Shown: positions 54,635 through 62,450, counted from the first letter of the stretch. The stretch: 64,000 nucleotides of DNA from a virus (IMGVR_UViG_3300009092_000002:12504-76503), one strand, 5' to 3'. Notes: generated by a model not told the origin, from the letters alone. Program-made: numbers and translations.

Positions 54635-54645
54635 CCAATTAAACT

Positions 54646-54698
54646 TCCTTGCGTTGAGTCGCCATGCCACGCTAAGAGATGCGCTGCCCGGTCATGCC
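54646..54698 (-). ncRNA. 5-nt-register array, unit 6 (10 pentamers), downstream of the Cas7-like gene
   Basis: GGC at GAC cg GGC ag CGC at CTC tt AGC gt GGC at GGC ga CTC aa CGC aa GGA. Confidence 0.65.
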
Positions 54699-54701
54699 TG
54701 G

Positions 54702-55292
54702 CTATTTCCATGTCACCTTTTCCACTTTGAAGCGCCCGTAGAAGCCGTTGTTTCGGGGCCGAAATCTGCCGACTCCGATGAAGTTCCCAGCTTCCCGCAA
54801 GTGATACTCGAAGGCGGTAACTTCTTCGTCTGAGTCCGGTACGCTCACCTTTTGCATGAGCGTCTCGTCGAGTACGTAAAAGGTAACATCACCCTCCCAG
54901 TTCTGGATGACTGGGAAGCATTTCTCGACACGTGATCCACCGCCGCGTTTTCCATCTGAAGGGACAAACAGCCACTCGCCGGGAACCTGATCCTTCTTGA
55001 TCGGAAGAACGAGTGCTTCCATCACCAGTACACCAGCTTCGAAGTGCTTCGTGTAAGTCGCTTTCCCCTTGCCAGGGATTTGCATGCTGAGGAACTTGGC
55101 GGCCTCAGACAGGCAGTTTTTAAACGCCATCGGCGGCAAAAACACCGTACCGTCTTCGAGCGAGTGCATCCGATCCCGCCACGTTCTGGCCTCATAGTCT
55201 CTGTGGTTCTCGCCCTTCTTTTTCTCGGTCGTGTAATGTCGCGACTGAGAGTACGGGCTAATCGATTTCAGTGTTACCGTTGCTGTCTTCAT
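54702..55292 (-). CDS. Stand-alone Cas7/RAMP-like protein (Vipr-like RNA-guided effector candidate)
   Basis: N-terminal beta strand TVTLKSISPY; VFLPPMAFKNCL at the RAMP IPGSSxKG position; C-terminal Gly-rich loop AGNFIGVGRFRPRNNGFYGRF; no other cas genes. Confidence 0.78.
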   Translation of the reverse strand: MKTATVTLKSISPYSQSRHYTTEKKKGENHRDYEARTWRDRMHSLEDGTVFLPPMAFKNCLSEAAKFLSMQIPGKGKATYTKHFEAGVLVMEALVLPIKKDQVPGEWLFVPSDGKRGGGSRVEKCFPVIQNWEGDVTFYVLDETLMQKVSVPDSDEEVTAFEYHLREAGNFIGVGRFRPRNNGFYGRFKVEKVTWK

Positions 55293-55296
55293 AAAC

Positions 55297-55672
55297 TCCT
55301 TGCGTTACCTCGCAATGGCCGACCAAGCCCCGCCCGGCTAAGTCAAGCTGAGCCCAACGATGCCGTGCCGAGCGCTGAGATGACATGCTCAGCCCAACCA
55401 AAGATATGAGTGCGAGAATTCCCTGTCTTGCGATACAAAGCCTGATCCCGTCGCGCCTAACCAAGCAGCGCCGCGCCCAGCCACAGCAAAATATGAGTGC
55501 GTCCTTGCCTTGCGCTGGCTTGCCGTGCCGCACGATGCCGAGCCCGGTTAAGTCAGACGAAGCGCTGTCGTGTATCGATCCTCTTCTGATCGGGGCCTTA
55601 CCTTGCCTTGCGCTGCGACGCCACGGCGAGTCGGGCGCAGCCAAGCCGTGACTAATGTTGCCAAGTCGCGTC
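55297..55672 (-). ncRNA. Four tandem 5-nt-register arrays (15, 13, 12 and 20 pentamers): candidate multi-guide RNA
   Basis: GGY-like triplets every 5 nt with variable dinucleotides; units 55595-55672, 55502-55569, 55420-55482, 55297-55399; two CGCACTCATAT linkers and one hairpin linker. Confidence 0.8.
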
Positions 55673-55687
55673 TTGAGAAAAGGTGTG

Positions 55688-55733
55688 CCGGGGTTGCCTA
55701 CCCGGTCCTCGGTCCACCGTAATGGCCGAGAGG
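55688..55733 (-). ncRNA. Two hairpins (UACG and GCAA loops) 5' of the array
   Basis: CCTCTCGGCCAT-TACG-GTGGACCGAGG and CCGGGTAG-GCAA-CCCCGG on the minus strand. Confidence 0.5.
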
Positions 55734-55819
55734 CTAATCCCTGTTCGCTCGCCTGCGTTATGGCAAGAAAGGTCGAAATGACCGAGAAGCCAGTATTAGG
55801 CGTTGAACCAGGGGATAGA

Positions 55820-56314
55820 TCAATCACTAAAAGCCTCCAATGTCTTTGCCAGTGGCAAGCTGGCCTTTGCTTCCGCCACTCGCCCTTCGAGCTTTTTCAT
55901 TCGCGCCGCCGTCGTCGCCATTGAGAGAGCACCGAGCACCGAGGCGTAAGTGTTGTGTCGAATCTTAGAATCGTTTGGCAGGGCGTCAAAATCTCGCACA
56001 GCCGTAATGGTCCGAAAGCCGCGAGTCGAGGCGCGCCGAATTCTCGTCACAGTGTCTTCGCCAGTCGCTACAATCTCAACATCGGAAAGCCGTTTCAATC
56101 CAATATTGCGAACCACGCCGAAGACGATGTAATCCTCACGAAGAGCCTTACGCCGTGCTGTCTGGATTGATCCGCGTCCACCGTTCTGCGTGTCCCTTCC
56201 GATCATCTTCGAGAGTTCCGCATAACTAACGATTTCCTCTACAGCCGATTTCTTCAGTCGGTCGTAGATCATCTTTGAATCAAGAGAGAGCGCTTGGATT
56301 ACTTTGTTCTGCAT
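55820..56314 (-). CDS. Winged-helix-like protein embedded between the arrays
   Basis: IVSYAELSKMIG...I..ARR.......VF..VRNIGLKRL; GAGGA RBS. Confidence 0.7.
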   Translation of the reverse strand: MQNKVIQALSLDSKMIYDRLKKSAVEEIVSYAELSKMIGRDTQNGGRGSIQTARRKALREDYIVFGVVRNIGLKRLSDVEIVATGEDTVTRIRRASTRGFRTITAVRDFDALPNDSKIRHNTYASVLGALSMATTAARMKKLEGRVAEAKASLPLAKTLEAFSD

Positions 56315-56321
56315 ATTAAAT

Positions 56322-56389
56322 TCCTCGCCTTACCGTGCCCAGCCAAGCTTTGCCTCGCCAGGCCCCACGTTGCCGTGACTGACGACGCC
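56322..56389 (-). ncRNA. 5-nt-register array, unit 1 (13 pentamers)
   Basis: GGC gt CGT ca GTC ac GGC aa CGT gg GGC ct GGC ga GGC aa AGC tt GGC tg GGC ac GGT aa GGC ga GGA. Confidence 0.75.
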
Positions 56390-56395
56390 ACTAAA

Positions 56396-56499
56396 GCAAC
56401 CCAGGAAACGTAAAAAGGACCGGGCTTGCGTTCCCGTGCGGCATTACCCGCTACGCCTCCTGGGCTGCTTAAGTCGGGCGGAATCTTGCGACCCCGCCC
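56396..56499 (-). ncRNA. Structured RNA leader (multibranch stem plus GNRA hairpins)
   Basis: GGGCGGGGTC-GCAA-GATTCCGCCC (56476-99); 11-bp stem 56458-68 with 56396-406 enclosing two hairpins. Confidence 0.55.
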
Positions 56500-56527
56500 T
56501 GTGCTAACCGTTGCCCTCCCCCTCCTT

Positions 56528-56812
56528 TTAGCGCCGGCGGCCCTCCGGTTGCGGATTGGGATTCGGATTGTTCGCTGCGACCGCATCGGCGATTACCGTG
56601 TTCTGCGCCTGGAATCTCGCAGCCACATCGTCGATAGCGGTCTGCACTACGGCATTTGTTGCATCGTCAGCGCCCTGATGGGCGGCAATTGCCGCTTCTA
56701 CGGCGGCCTTGATTTCGTCAGCTTGCCCTTTGAGGGCGGCTGCTACCGAAGGGGCGATACCCTCCAGTTCGGTTATCCGAGCAAGAAGCGCGGAAAGATC
56801 AATTGCTGGCAT
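56528..56812 (-). CDS. Ala-rich helical hypothetical protein
   Basis: AAGGAG RBS. Confidence 0.65.
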   Translation of the reverse strand: MPAIDLSALLARITELEGIAPSVAAALKGQADEIKAAVEAAIAAHQGADDATNAVVQTAIDDVAARFQAQNTVIADAVAANNPNPNPQPEGRRR

Positions 56813-56816
56813 TCGG

Positions 56817-56993
56817 TTATTCTCCTTTCTCGATACTGCTCTTCAGACTGGTATTTACTTGGGACACCCGATCTGTTGCCAAATCAACTTCCTGCTGCTG
56901 ACCACCATCGGCCTGCGATTCGAAGAAGTCAGTAAGCCTATTCACCGCCTTGGTGAGTTCGCGTATACCCGGTACTATTTCAATCAAAGCCAT
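56817..56993 (-). CDS. 58-aa helical protein (below ORF cutoff)
   Basis: Hand translation MALIEIVPGIRELTKAVNRLTDFFESQ...KGE; stop 4 nt before the next ATG. Confidence 0.5.
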   Translation of the reverse strand: MALIEIVPGIRELTKAVNRLTDFFESQADGGQQQEVDLATDRVSQVNTSLKSSIEKGE

Positions 56994-57283
56994 AACCTAC
57001 GTTGGCCCTCCTTTCATCCCCACGGCAATTTCCGGGACCGTGGATACTGCGCGCGCCGGAACGCGGATGTCTGATGCTGGCGTCTCCGACTTGAACGGAG
57101 CGAACATCGTCGTGCATAAACGCGGATCGTATGCCTATCCTCATGAGTCTCGGCTCCCACCACGCCAGGGGACCGACCGAACCGCCAGCAAATCTTTTTT
57201 GCGATGCCAACCCAACCCGGATGCGGACCTTGCGGCCATGCAATTCCAGGAGCGCTGGCATCGCGAAAAACCCTATCGCTAGG

Positions 57284-57324
57284 GAAAAACGGGACGGCCC
57301 CGTTTAGACGAAAAGAGCCGTCCC
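57284..57324 (-). terminator. Rho-independent terminator
   Basis: GGGACGGC...GCCGTCCC stem followed by GTTTTT on the minus strand. Confidence 0.6.
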
Positions 57325-57345
57325 AGTACAGGCACTACCGAGGCT

Positions 57346-57558
57346 CTACCCGGCCCCTTGATCCCCTACGGCAGCGGAGGCCGATGCTGGCTTGCTCTTT
57401 GCCGGCGGTCGTCCCCGCTTGGGCTTATCGACCGCAGGGCTACCGAACCTTGCTGTTACGATGTGGCGTCCGGTCTCCAGCAGCGTTGCGATATCTGCCT
57501 GCGGAGCGGAATGGAAATAACTGAGACATCGATCACGTTCGGTCATTTGTTTAGCCAT
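57346..57558 (-). CDS. Small protein with AT-hook-like KPKRGRP
   Basis: TGATG overlap. Confidence 0.6.
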   Translation of the reverse strand: MAKQMTERDRCLSYFHSAPQADIATLLETGRHIVTARFGSPAVDKPKRGRPPAKSKPASASAAVGDQGAG

Positions 57559-58847
57559 CAGGCAACCTCCACACGAAGCGGCCCAGGCTCTACCCGAGTC
57601 GCTACAATCTGAAATCCCGATTCCTTGGCTCCGTCAACGAACGCCTTCCATGTGGTATCCGACTCCAGGGCTTCACATCGATCCGCGATCATCAGCCCCA
57701 GGTCGCCGCACTTCAATGCGGCCACCGAGAACGCCGTCAAGTACTGCCGCGCCGTATTCAGTTCATCGAACGGAATTCCGTCCACGAATACCTCGCCATC
57801 GCGCAATTCAATTCCTTCCAGCGGCTGCTCTGCCAGCTTCTTTTTCTTGAGCTCTTCGAGCGCTCGCAGGGATTTGTCGAACTTGTCCGACTTCTGGAAG
57901 TACTCGCGCACCTTTGCGCGGGCAGCTTCGATAGACGCTCGCGTTGCCTTGTCGCGAGACTGCGCCTTGACCTTTTCTTGCGCGACGGCGAGTTCGCCAG
58001 CGATTCGCTCGCGTTCCGGCTTGGCAGCGTCCTCGTTGTGCTTCAGGGCTTCCGCTTCCCGCGCCTTGATGCTGGCCACCCGCGTAGCCCGCTCTTCCGC
58101 CAACTTCGATATCTTTTCGTTGATCTCGTTGATGACGGCGTGCTCTTCCTTGGTCGCAGAAGCGATGATTGCTTTCTCGGCGTCGGCCAACTGACAATCA
58201 ACCGTGGCCCGTTCCGCCTGCAGGTCCCGCAGTTCGCTTTCCCAGTCCTTCGTTTCACCCTCTTGCGTACCGAGCGCAGCCTGCAAGGTTTTGACAGTGC
58301 CCTCGGTGTCGCGCTGGATAACGTTGGCAGCTTTGCGTTTCTCGTAGATCCCCTTGTGTAGATCGCTTAGCCCGTCAAGATCCAGAACGCCGCCTTTGTA
58401 TTCTGGATCGGCCGCCGCGATTTCTGTCGGCGTGAATGTTACTGGCATTGACTCCAGGATGAATGCCGCCCGGTCCTTTGGTTTTGCTTGGATCAACCCC
58501 AATGGGTCAAAGCTGAACCCAGTCGCAAGGCGCTCGACAAAAGCCTTAGGGGTAGCGTCTGGCAATTCCTGCCCTTCGGCGTCGGTCACAGTGAGCGTTG
58601 ACGTCTTGGCCGTGACCGTCTTCGTGATGACGATGCCGGTGTCGAGCGTAAGAATAATCTCGGCTTTGCGCTCCCCCTTGCGAACGTTGCTCGGATGGTG
58701 ACCACCGTCAAAGATGGTTCGCAGCGCTTCGATCAGGCTGGTCTTGCCGGAACCATTCGTTCCCGAGACGATGGTCATAGCGCCCGGCTTGACCAAAATG
58801 TGCTCAATGCCGCGAAAGTTGTTAACTTCAAAAGTCGCTAGTTTCAT
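57558..58847 (-). CDS. SMC/Rad50-like ABC-ATPase with coiled coil
   Basis: NFRGI, SGTNGSGKTSLIEAL, long coiled coil, LNTARQ signature, IADRCE Walker B-like. Confidence 0.8.
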   Translation of the reverse strand: MKLATFEVNNFRGIEHILVKPGAMTIVSGTNGSGKTSLIEALRTIFDGGHHPSNVRKGERKAEIILTLDTGIVITKTVTAKTSTLTVTDAEGQELPDATPKAFVERLATGFSFDPLGLIQAKPKDRAAFILESMPVTFTPTEIAAADPEYKGGVLDLDGLSDLHKGIYEKRKAANVIQRDTEGTVKTLQAALGTQEGETKDWESELRDLQAERATVDCQLADAEKAIIASATKEEHAVINEINEKISKLAEERATRVASIKAREAEALKHNEDAAKPERERIAGELAVAQEKVKAQSRDKATRASIEAARAKVREYFQKSDKFDKSLRALEELKKKKLAEQPLEGIELRDGEVFVDGIPFDELNTARQYLTAFSVAALKCGDLGLMIADRCEALESDTTWKAFVDGAKESGFQIVATRVEPGPLRVEVA

Positions 58848-60205
58848 TTCCGCCTCATCTTGAACGCTTTCGAACCAGGGTCCATATCCGGCACGTTCTG
58901 GGCTTCTCTCGCCTTCGCTGCCGCAAGTTGCTCCTGGCTTTGGCGCTCCAGTCTCGCGTCGTGCTCTTCTGGAGTTTCTGGGCCATCGTCGCGTCGCGCC
59001 GGGATTACTCCCGCCTCTTCCAGCTTGCGTGCGGCCACCGCTTGCGCCGCTTCCACGCTGCCAGTTGCTTGCGATGTCTCGATGTCGCCCTCGTCATCCT
59101 CAGCGTCCAGCGGAATTTCGCCGGGCTGAAATTCGGCGGTAAAGGCCGCAGCTTGCTCTACCTCTGTCTGTTCCGGCTCCTCGCCCTCTGGCACAGACGC
59201 CGCGATCTGTCGCACTGGAGGTGCCTCGGGTAGTTCGGCAGTCATGACGGCGCGGAACTCGGAACCGTAGGCCAGAATCTTCTTGCGAATTCCCTCAATG
59301 CCTTGCGCTCGAAATTCCAGTGAAACGCAGTAGGCTTTCCCGGATTGCATTGTCCCGCTGGCCGTCTTATGTGCCGTCTTGAAAGGCCGCAGGATCATTC
59401 GCAGCGGGATTCCAGCGATAAAGCCGCACTCGGGATCGCCGCCACCCGTAAACCGCTTCAGCGCTAGGATGCTCGAATACAGGTTATTGATGCTCCGAAA
59501 GCTGGTCGTGTCGAACACGGCCTTTCCGCCCAGCCTGATATCGTTGACGAGTTGAAATGCCAACCGCGCATGAGGCTTGCAAGCAGCGGGGTATTCCTTG
59601 TTGCCCTTCATGGTCGGATTCCGGTACTCGCAGCCGCAGGCCGCGCATCCGTTGACGATTGGAAACGTCTTGCCGTCGAACGATATGTTCTGTTTGGACG
59701 GGTCCATGCTCAGACTACGAAGCGCCGTCACGCCGTCACCTTTGCAATTCAACCCGCCGGCCGACCACATCTCGAATGCTTGCGTCAGTGGCTCATCATC
59801 GGCGAATACAACATCAAGCTCGGTAGGCGTGGGACCGTGGCGCATGATGGCGTCGAAGTCTGGCTCTAGCCCACCATCCGGCGCAACCCGCGAGAACGTA
59901 AAGTACGGCAGCTTGGTCGGAAATCCGCGATCCGGCGCGCCAGCCTTTTCCTTGCGGTAGAAAAGCCGCGCCTGCTCCATCGTGTCGAAGGCAGTATTGT
60001 TCTTGCCGACGCGGACAATCCATTTCCCGTCACTGCCGCGGATGGCCACATGCACGTCTTTCCCCGCCAGTTCTCCGATGCCAACCTTGAGCGTGCGTGG
60101 CGTGCGGTCGATGGAAAGGCCGGTGTGGGGATCGTGAGTAATCCCGTACATTTTCGAAAAGTCAGGCCGAATGACCGGCGCTGGTGTAACTGTTTGTGTG
60201 CTCAT
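58844..60205 (-). CDS. Phage gp3/RDF-like recombination protein
   Basis: LPYF.F, PTELDV.F, CKGDG..A, C...GC, CKPHARL.F, TTSF.S..NL. Confidence 0.65.
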   Translation of the reverse strand: MSTQTVTPAPVIRPDFSKMYGITHDPHTGLSIDRTPRTLKVGIGELAGKDVHVAIRGSDGKWIVRVGKNNTAFDTMEQARLFYRKEKAGAPDRGFPTKLPYFTFSRVAPDGGLEPDFDAIMRHGPTPTELDVVFADDEPLTQAFEMWSAGGLNCKGDGVTALRSLSMDPSKQNISFDGKTFPIVNGCAACGCEYRNPTMKGNKEYPAACKPHARLAFQLVNDIRLGGKAVFDTTSFRSINNLYSSILALKRFTGGGDPECGFIAGIPLRMILRPFKTAHKTASGTMQSGKAYCVSLEFRAQGIEGIRKKILAYGSEFRAVMTAELPEAPPVRQIAASVPEGEEPEQTEVEQAAAFTAEFQPGEIPLDAEDDEGDIETSQATGSVEAAQAVAARKLEEAGVIPARRDDGPETPEEHDARLERQSQEQLAAAKAREAQNVPDMDPGSKAFKMRRK

Positions 60206-60211
60206 AAACTT

Positions 60212-61024
60212 TTAAAATGGCAAATCCGTTCCCTCGGGATGCGTAACCGTGCGGGTGTTTGCCTCAACCCGACAAAGCCGATCAATCTCGTCGCGCAACG
60301 CTTCTTGTGTTGAACCTGGAAATGAGGCCCTATTCAGCATCCACGATGCATATGATTCGTCATCGCGCACCTTAACGCCTCTATTTTTCCCAAACGCATA
60401 GCAGGCGTCCCCATCTTTGTCCCTGTATAACTTCCCGGCAACGTCGATAAACTCGTACTCGCCAACCCTGGAGAAGGTCGCCAGATCCGCCGCTGTCATC
60501 GCGTCCAGATCCGGGTACGCCTTCATCTGTCCCAACAGGACGTCAAGAGTTGCTTCGTTGTCGGCAGCGGCCCCATGTGCGCCCTCGTGAGCGCGGCCAC
60601 AATATTTCCGCACCGCATCAGATAGTGAGCGCGGTTCCTTCTTCGAGAACACGCCATACGCATCGATCACGCAAACGCCGGTCAGGTCGAGCTTCAGGCC
60701 AACGCGCCGCAGCTCTTCGTCAAGCATCGGCAGATCAAAGCGCCGCAGATTGTAGCCCGCCAGATCGCAGCCCTTCAGGCGCTTCAGAATGGAGCGCCCT
60801 ACTTCGTTCGAGAACGGTGGTTCGTTGGCAACGTCGGCTTCCGTGATGCCGTGAATGGCGGTTGCCTCTGCGGGTATCGACATTCCCGGATTGAAGCGCC
60901 GACAGCTATTCGAGACGACCGTGCCGTCCCAGACTAGAATCGCCAGTTCGATGATGCGGTCGTTCTGGATGTCTAGGCCGCTTGCTTCGAGATCCAAAAA
61001 TGCTAGTGGTCGATTTAGCTGCAC
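60212..61024 (-). CDS. DEDDh 3'-5' exonuclease (DnaQ/PolIII-epsilon-like)
   Basis: LDLEASG, AGYNLRRFDLPML, HGAAADNEAT; C-terminal FGKNRG. Confidence 0.9.
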   Translation of the reverse strand: MQLNRPLAFLDLEASGLDIQNDRIIELAILVWDGTVVSNSCRRFNPGMSIPAEATAIHGITEADVANEPPFSNEVGRSILKRLKGCDLAGYNLRRFDLPMLDEELRRVGLKLDLTGVCVIDAYGVFSKKEPRSLSDAVRKYCGRAHEGAHGAAADNEATLDVLLGQMKAYPDLDAMTAADLATFSRVGEYEFIDVAGKLYRDKDGDACYAFGKNRGVKVRDDESYASWMLNRASFPGSTQEALRDEIDRLCRVEANTRTVTHPEGTDLPF

Positions 61025-61215
61025 TGCCTTGCCTCTCTGAACTCCTTCTTAGCCCGTTCAATTGCAAGAAACCCAGGACACGGTTCCGCAAGGTCAGCCG
61101 TACAGTCATCGGCAAACGTTCCCAATGTTGCGCTGCATCTTTTGCATATCACCGAGTCCCCGAGTGATCGCTCTACGAACGCCCTTTCGGCCTGTAATCT
61201 CTTCGATAGATTCAT
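61015..61215 (-). CDS. Small Cys-rich protein (paralog 2)
   Basis: Near-identical to 49872-50075. Confidence 0.7.
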   Translation of the reverse strand: MNLSKRLQAERAFVERSLGDSVICKRCSATLGTFADDCTADLAEPCPGFLAIERAKKEFREARQCS

Positions 61216-61388
61216 ACCTTTTCCCTCCGCCTCTTCATCCTGGCCAGTTCACTCTTCCGCTTCGCCTCCTGGCAGGGGCGGCGCTCGCAGTACTTGCGGT
61301 TCGGATTCACCGACACTCCCGGCGTGTGGCAGTTGACGCACAGATAGGAACGCAGGCCGGTGATGTGGGTGAAGGGGGCGGTGGTCAT
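61212..61388 (-). CDS. Small Zn-finger protein
   Basis: CVNC...YCERRPC. Confidence 0.5.
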   Translation of the reverse strand: MTTAPFTHITGLRSYLCVNCHTPGVSVNPNRKYCERRPCQEAKRKSELARMKRRREKV

Positions 61389-61546
61389 GAAACCTTCCAG
61401 TTCGCAACGATTCCCCAGATCAACAAGGCGCATCCAAAGACCTCGCCGGCTGCTTGCTGCGGCGTTATCGGCTGCCTAGGTTCCCCGATGCGCAATACGT
61501 AACCAACCGCATCCAAGATGAATACGCAGATAATAATCGTTCGCAT
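61385..61546 (-). CDS. Small two-TM membrane protein
   Basis: Hand translation MRTIIICVFILDAVGYVLRIGEPRQPITPQQAAGEVFGCALLIWGIVANWKVS. Confidence 0.55.
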   Translation of the reverse strand: MRTIIICVFILDAVGYVLRIGEPRQPITPQQAAGEVFGCALLIWGIVANWKVS

Positions 61547-61548
61547 AA

Positions 61549-62154
61549 TCATGCCGCCTCGCCCCCTTCCGGCTCCATCGCCCGCAGTTGCGCAATCACC
61601 GCAGCGCGCGATTCACGGCTAGGAAGGTTCACGCCAGCCTTGTGCGCCCAGTGAATCCAGCCGAGTGACCCCATCGCGCAAGCAGCGGTGTAGTCCACTC
61701 CGTTGCGCTTCAGGACCGCCGCTAGCTTTGCCACCTTGACGGCGCGAGCAGCCTCAGCGTACGGATTCTGGCGCACCGGATTATCGCCCGTACCGCGTTC
61801 ACTTACCGCTTCGCGAGGGCTCGATTCCAACCGCTCCAGGTGGTACGGATCTGGGGTACGAACTTGCCCGCTAACAGGGGAATTTCCAGTCGTGGCTCCC
61901 CGATGCGCCAGAAACTCTTCTCCCGAACCTAGGCGGCGAACGCCGGGGATTTCACGCTCGGGTCCACCGCAGTCATGACCTGCATTGGTGTCTATCCCTG
62001 CGCGTTCGCCTGTCTTCGTCGGTTGGGTTATCTCTGCACTTTCGCAATCCGCATCTGCCGGATCTCCCAGCAGCCCCAGGATGTCCCAGCGTTCGTGGTA
62101 CGCGGCGATCTCGTCGGCGTCTTTCTGTAGCTCGCGGGCGCGGGTGGCTCTCAT
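61549..62154 (-). CDS. Hypothetical protein
   Basis: ATGA overlap; C-terminal W...A..AGV..PS..SRA.V...L. Confidence 0.5.
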   Translation of the reverse strand: MRATRARELQKDADEIAAYHERWDILGLLGDPADADCESAEITQPTKTGERAGIDTNAGHDCGGPEREIPGVRRLGSGEEFLAHRGATTGNSPVSGQVRTPDPYHLERLESSPREAVSERGTGDNPVRQNPYAEAARAVKVAKLAAVLKRNGVDYTAACAMGSLGWIHWAHKAGVNLPSRESRAAVIAQLRAMEPEGGEAA

Positions 62155-62450
62155 GCGGTCACCTTGGCGTTGCGCGCTCGGTCTATCATCGCGACCCATT
62201 CGGCATCATCGGCCCGCTCGCGACTGGTCGAAAAGCCCTCAACGTAGGCTTCCGTGAAATCGCCGAACATATCCCAGCAGTTCATAACGCTGATCATGAA
62301 TTGAAGCCGTTCCCTATCCGCCAGCGCCGCTTTGAGCGCGTCCTCCGCAGTTTCCAGTTCGTCCTGCAACCATTCCTGATACGTCTTGTTGGCTGGATTG
62401 ACGTATTCGTACCAGCGTTGTAGCAGCTCCGATTTTTTATCGGCCGTCAT
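62151..62450 (-). CDS. Hypothetical protein
   Basis: Overlap coupling. Confidence 0.55.
   Translation of the reverse strand: MTADKKSELLQRWYEYVNPANKTYQEWLQDELETAEDALKAALADRERLQFMISVMNCWDMFGDFTEAYVEGFSTSRERADDAEWVAMIDRARNAKVTA

Noticed and set aside
55258-55827. 189-aa minus-strand ORF (and plus ORF 55385-55651) across the pentamer arrays
   Set aside because: The Arg/Gly/Ala/Leu-rich translation is what a 5-nt repeat produces; a period of 5 conflicts with codon structure; it overlaps the real gene start out of frame
54646-56389. Classical CRISPR array beside the Cas7-like gene
   Set aside because: No 25-45 bp direct repeats with unique spacers; only two 11-bp linkers; no cas1/2/3/5/6/8
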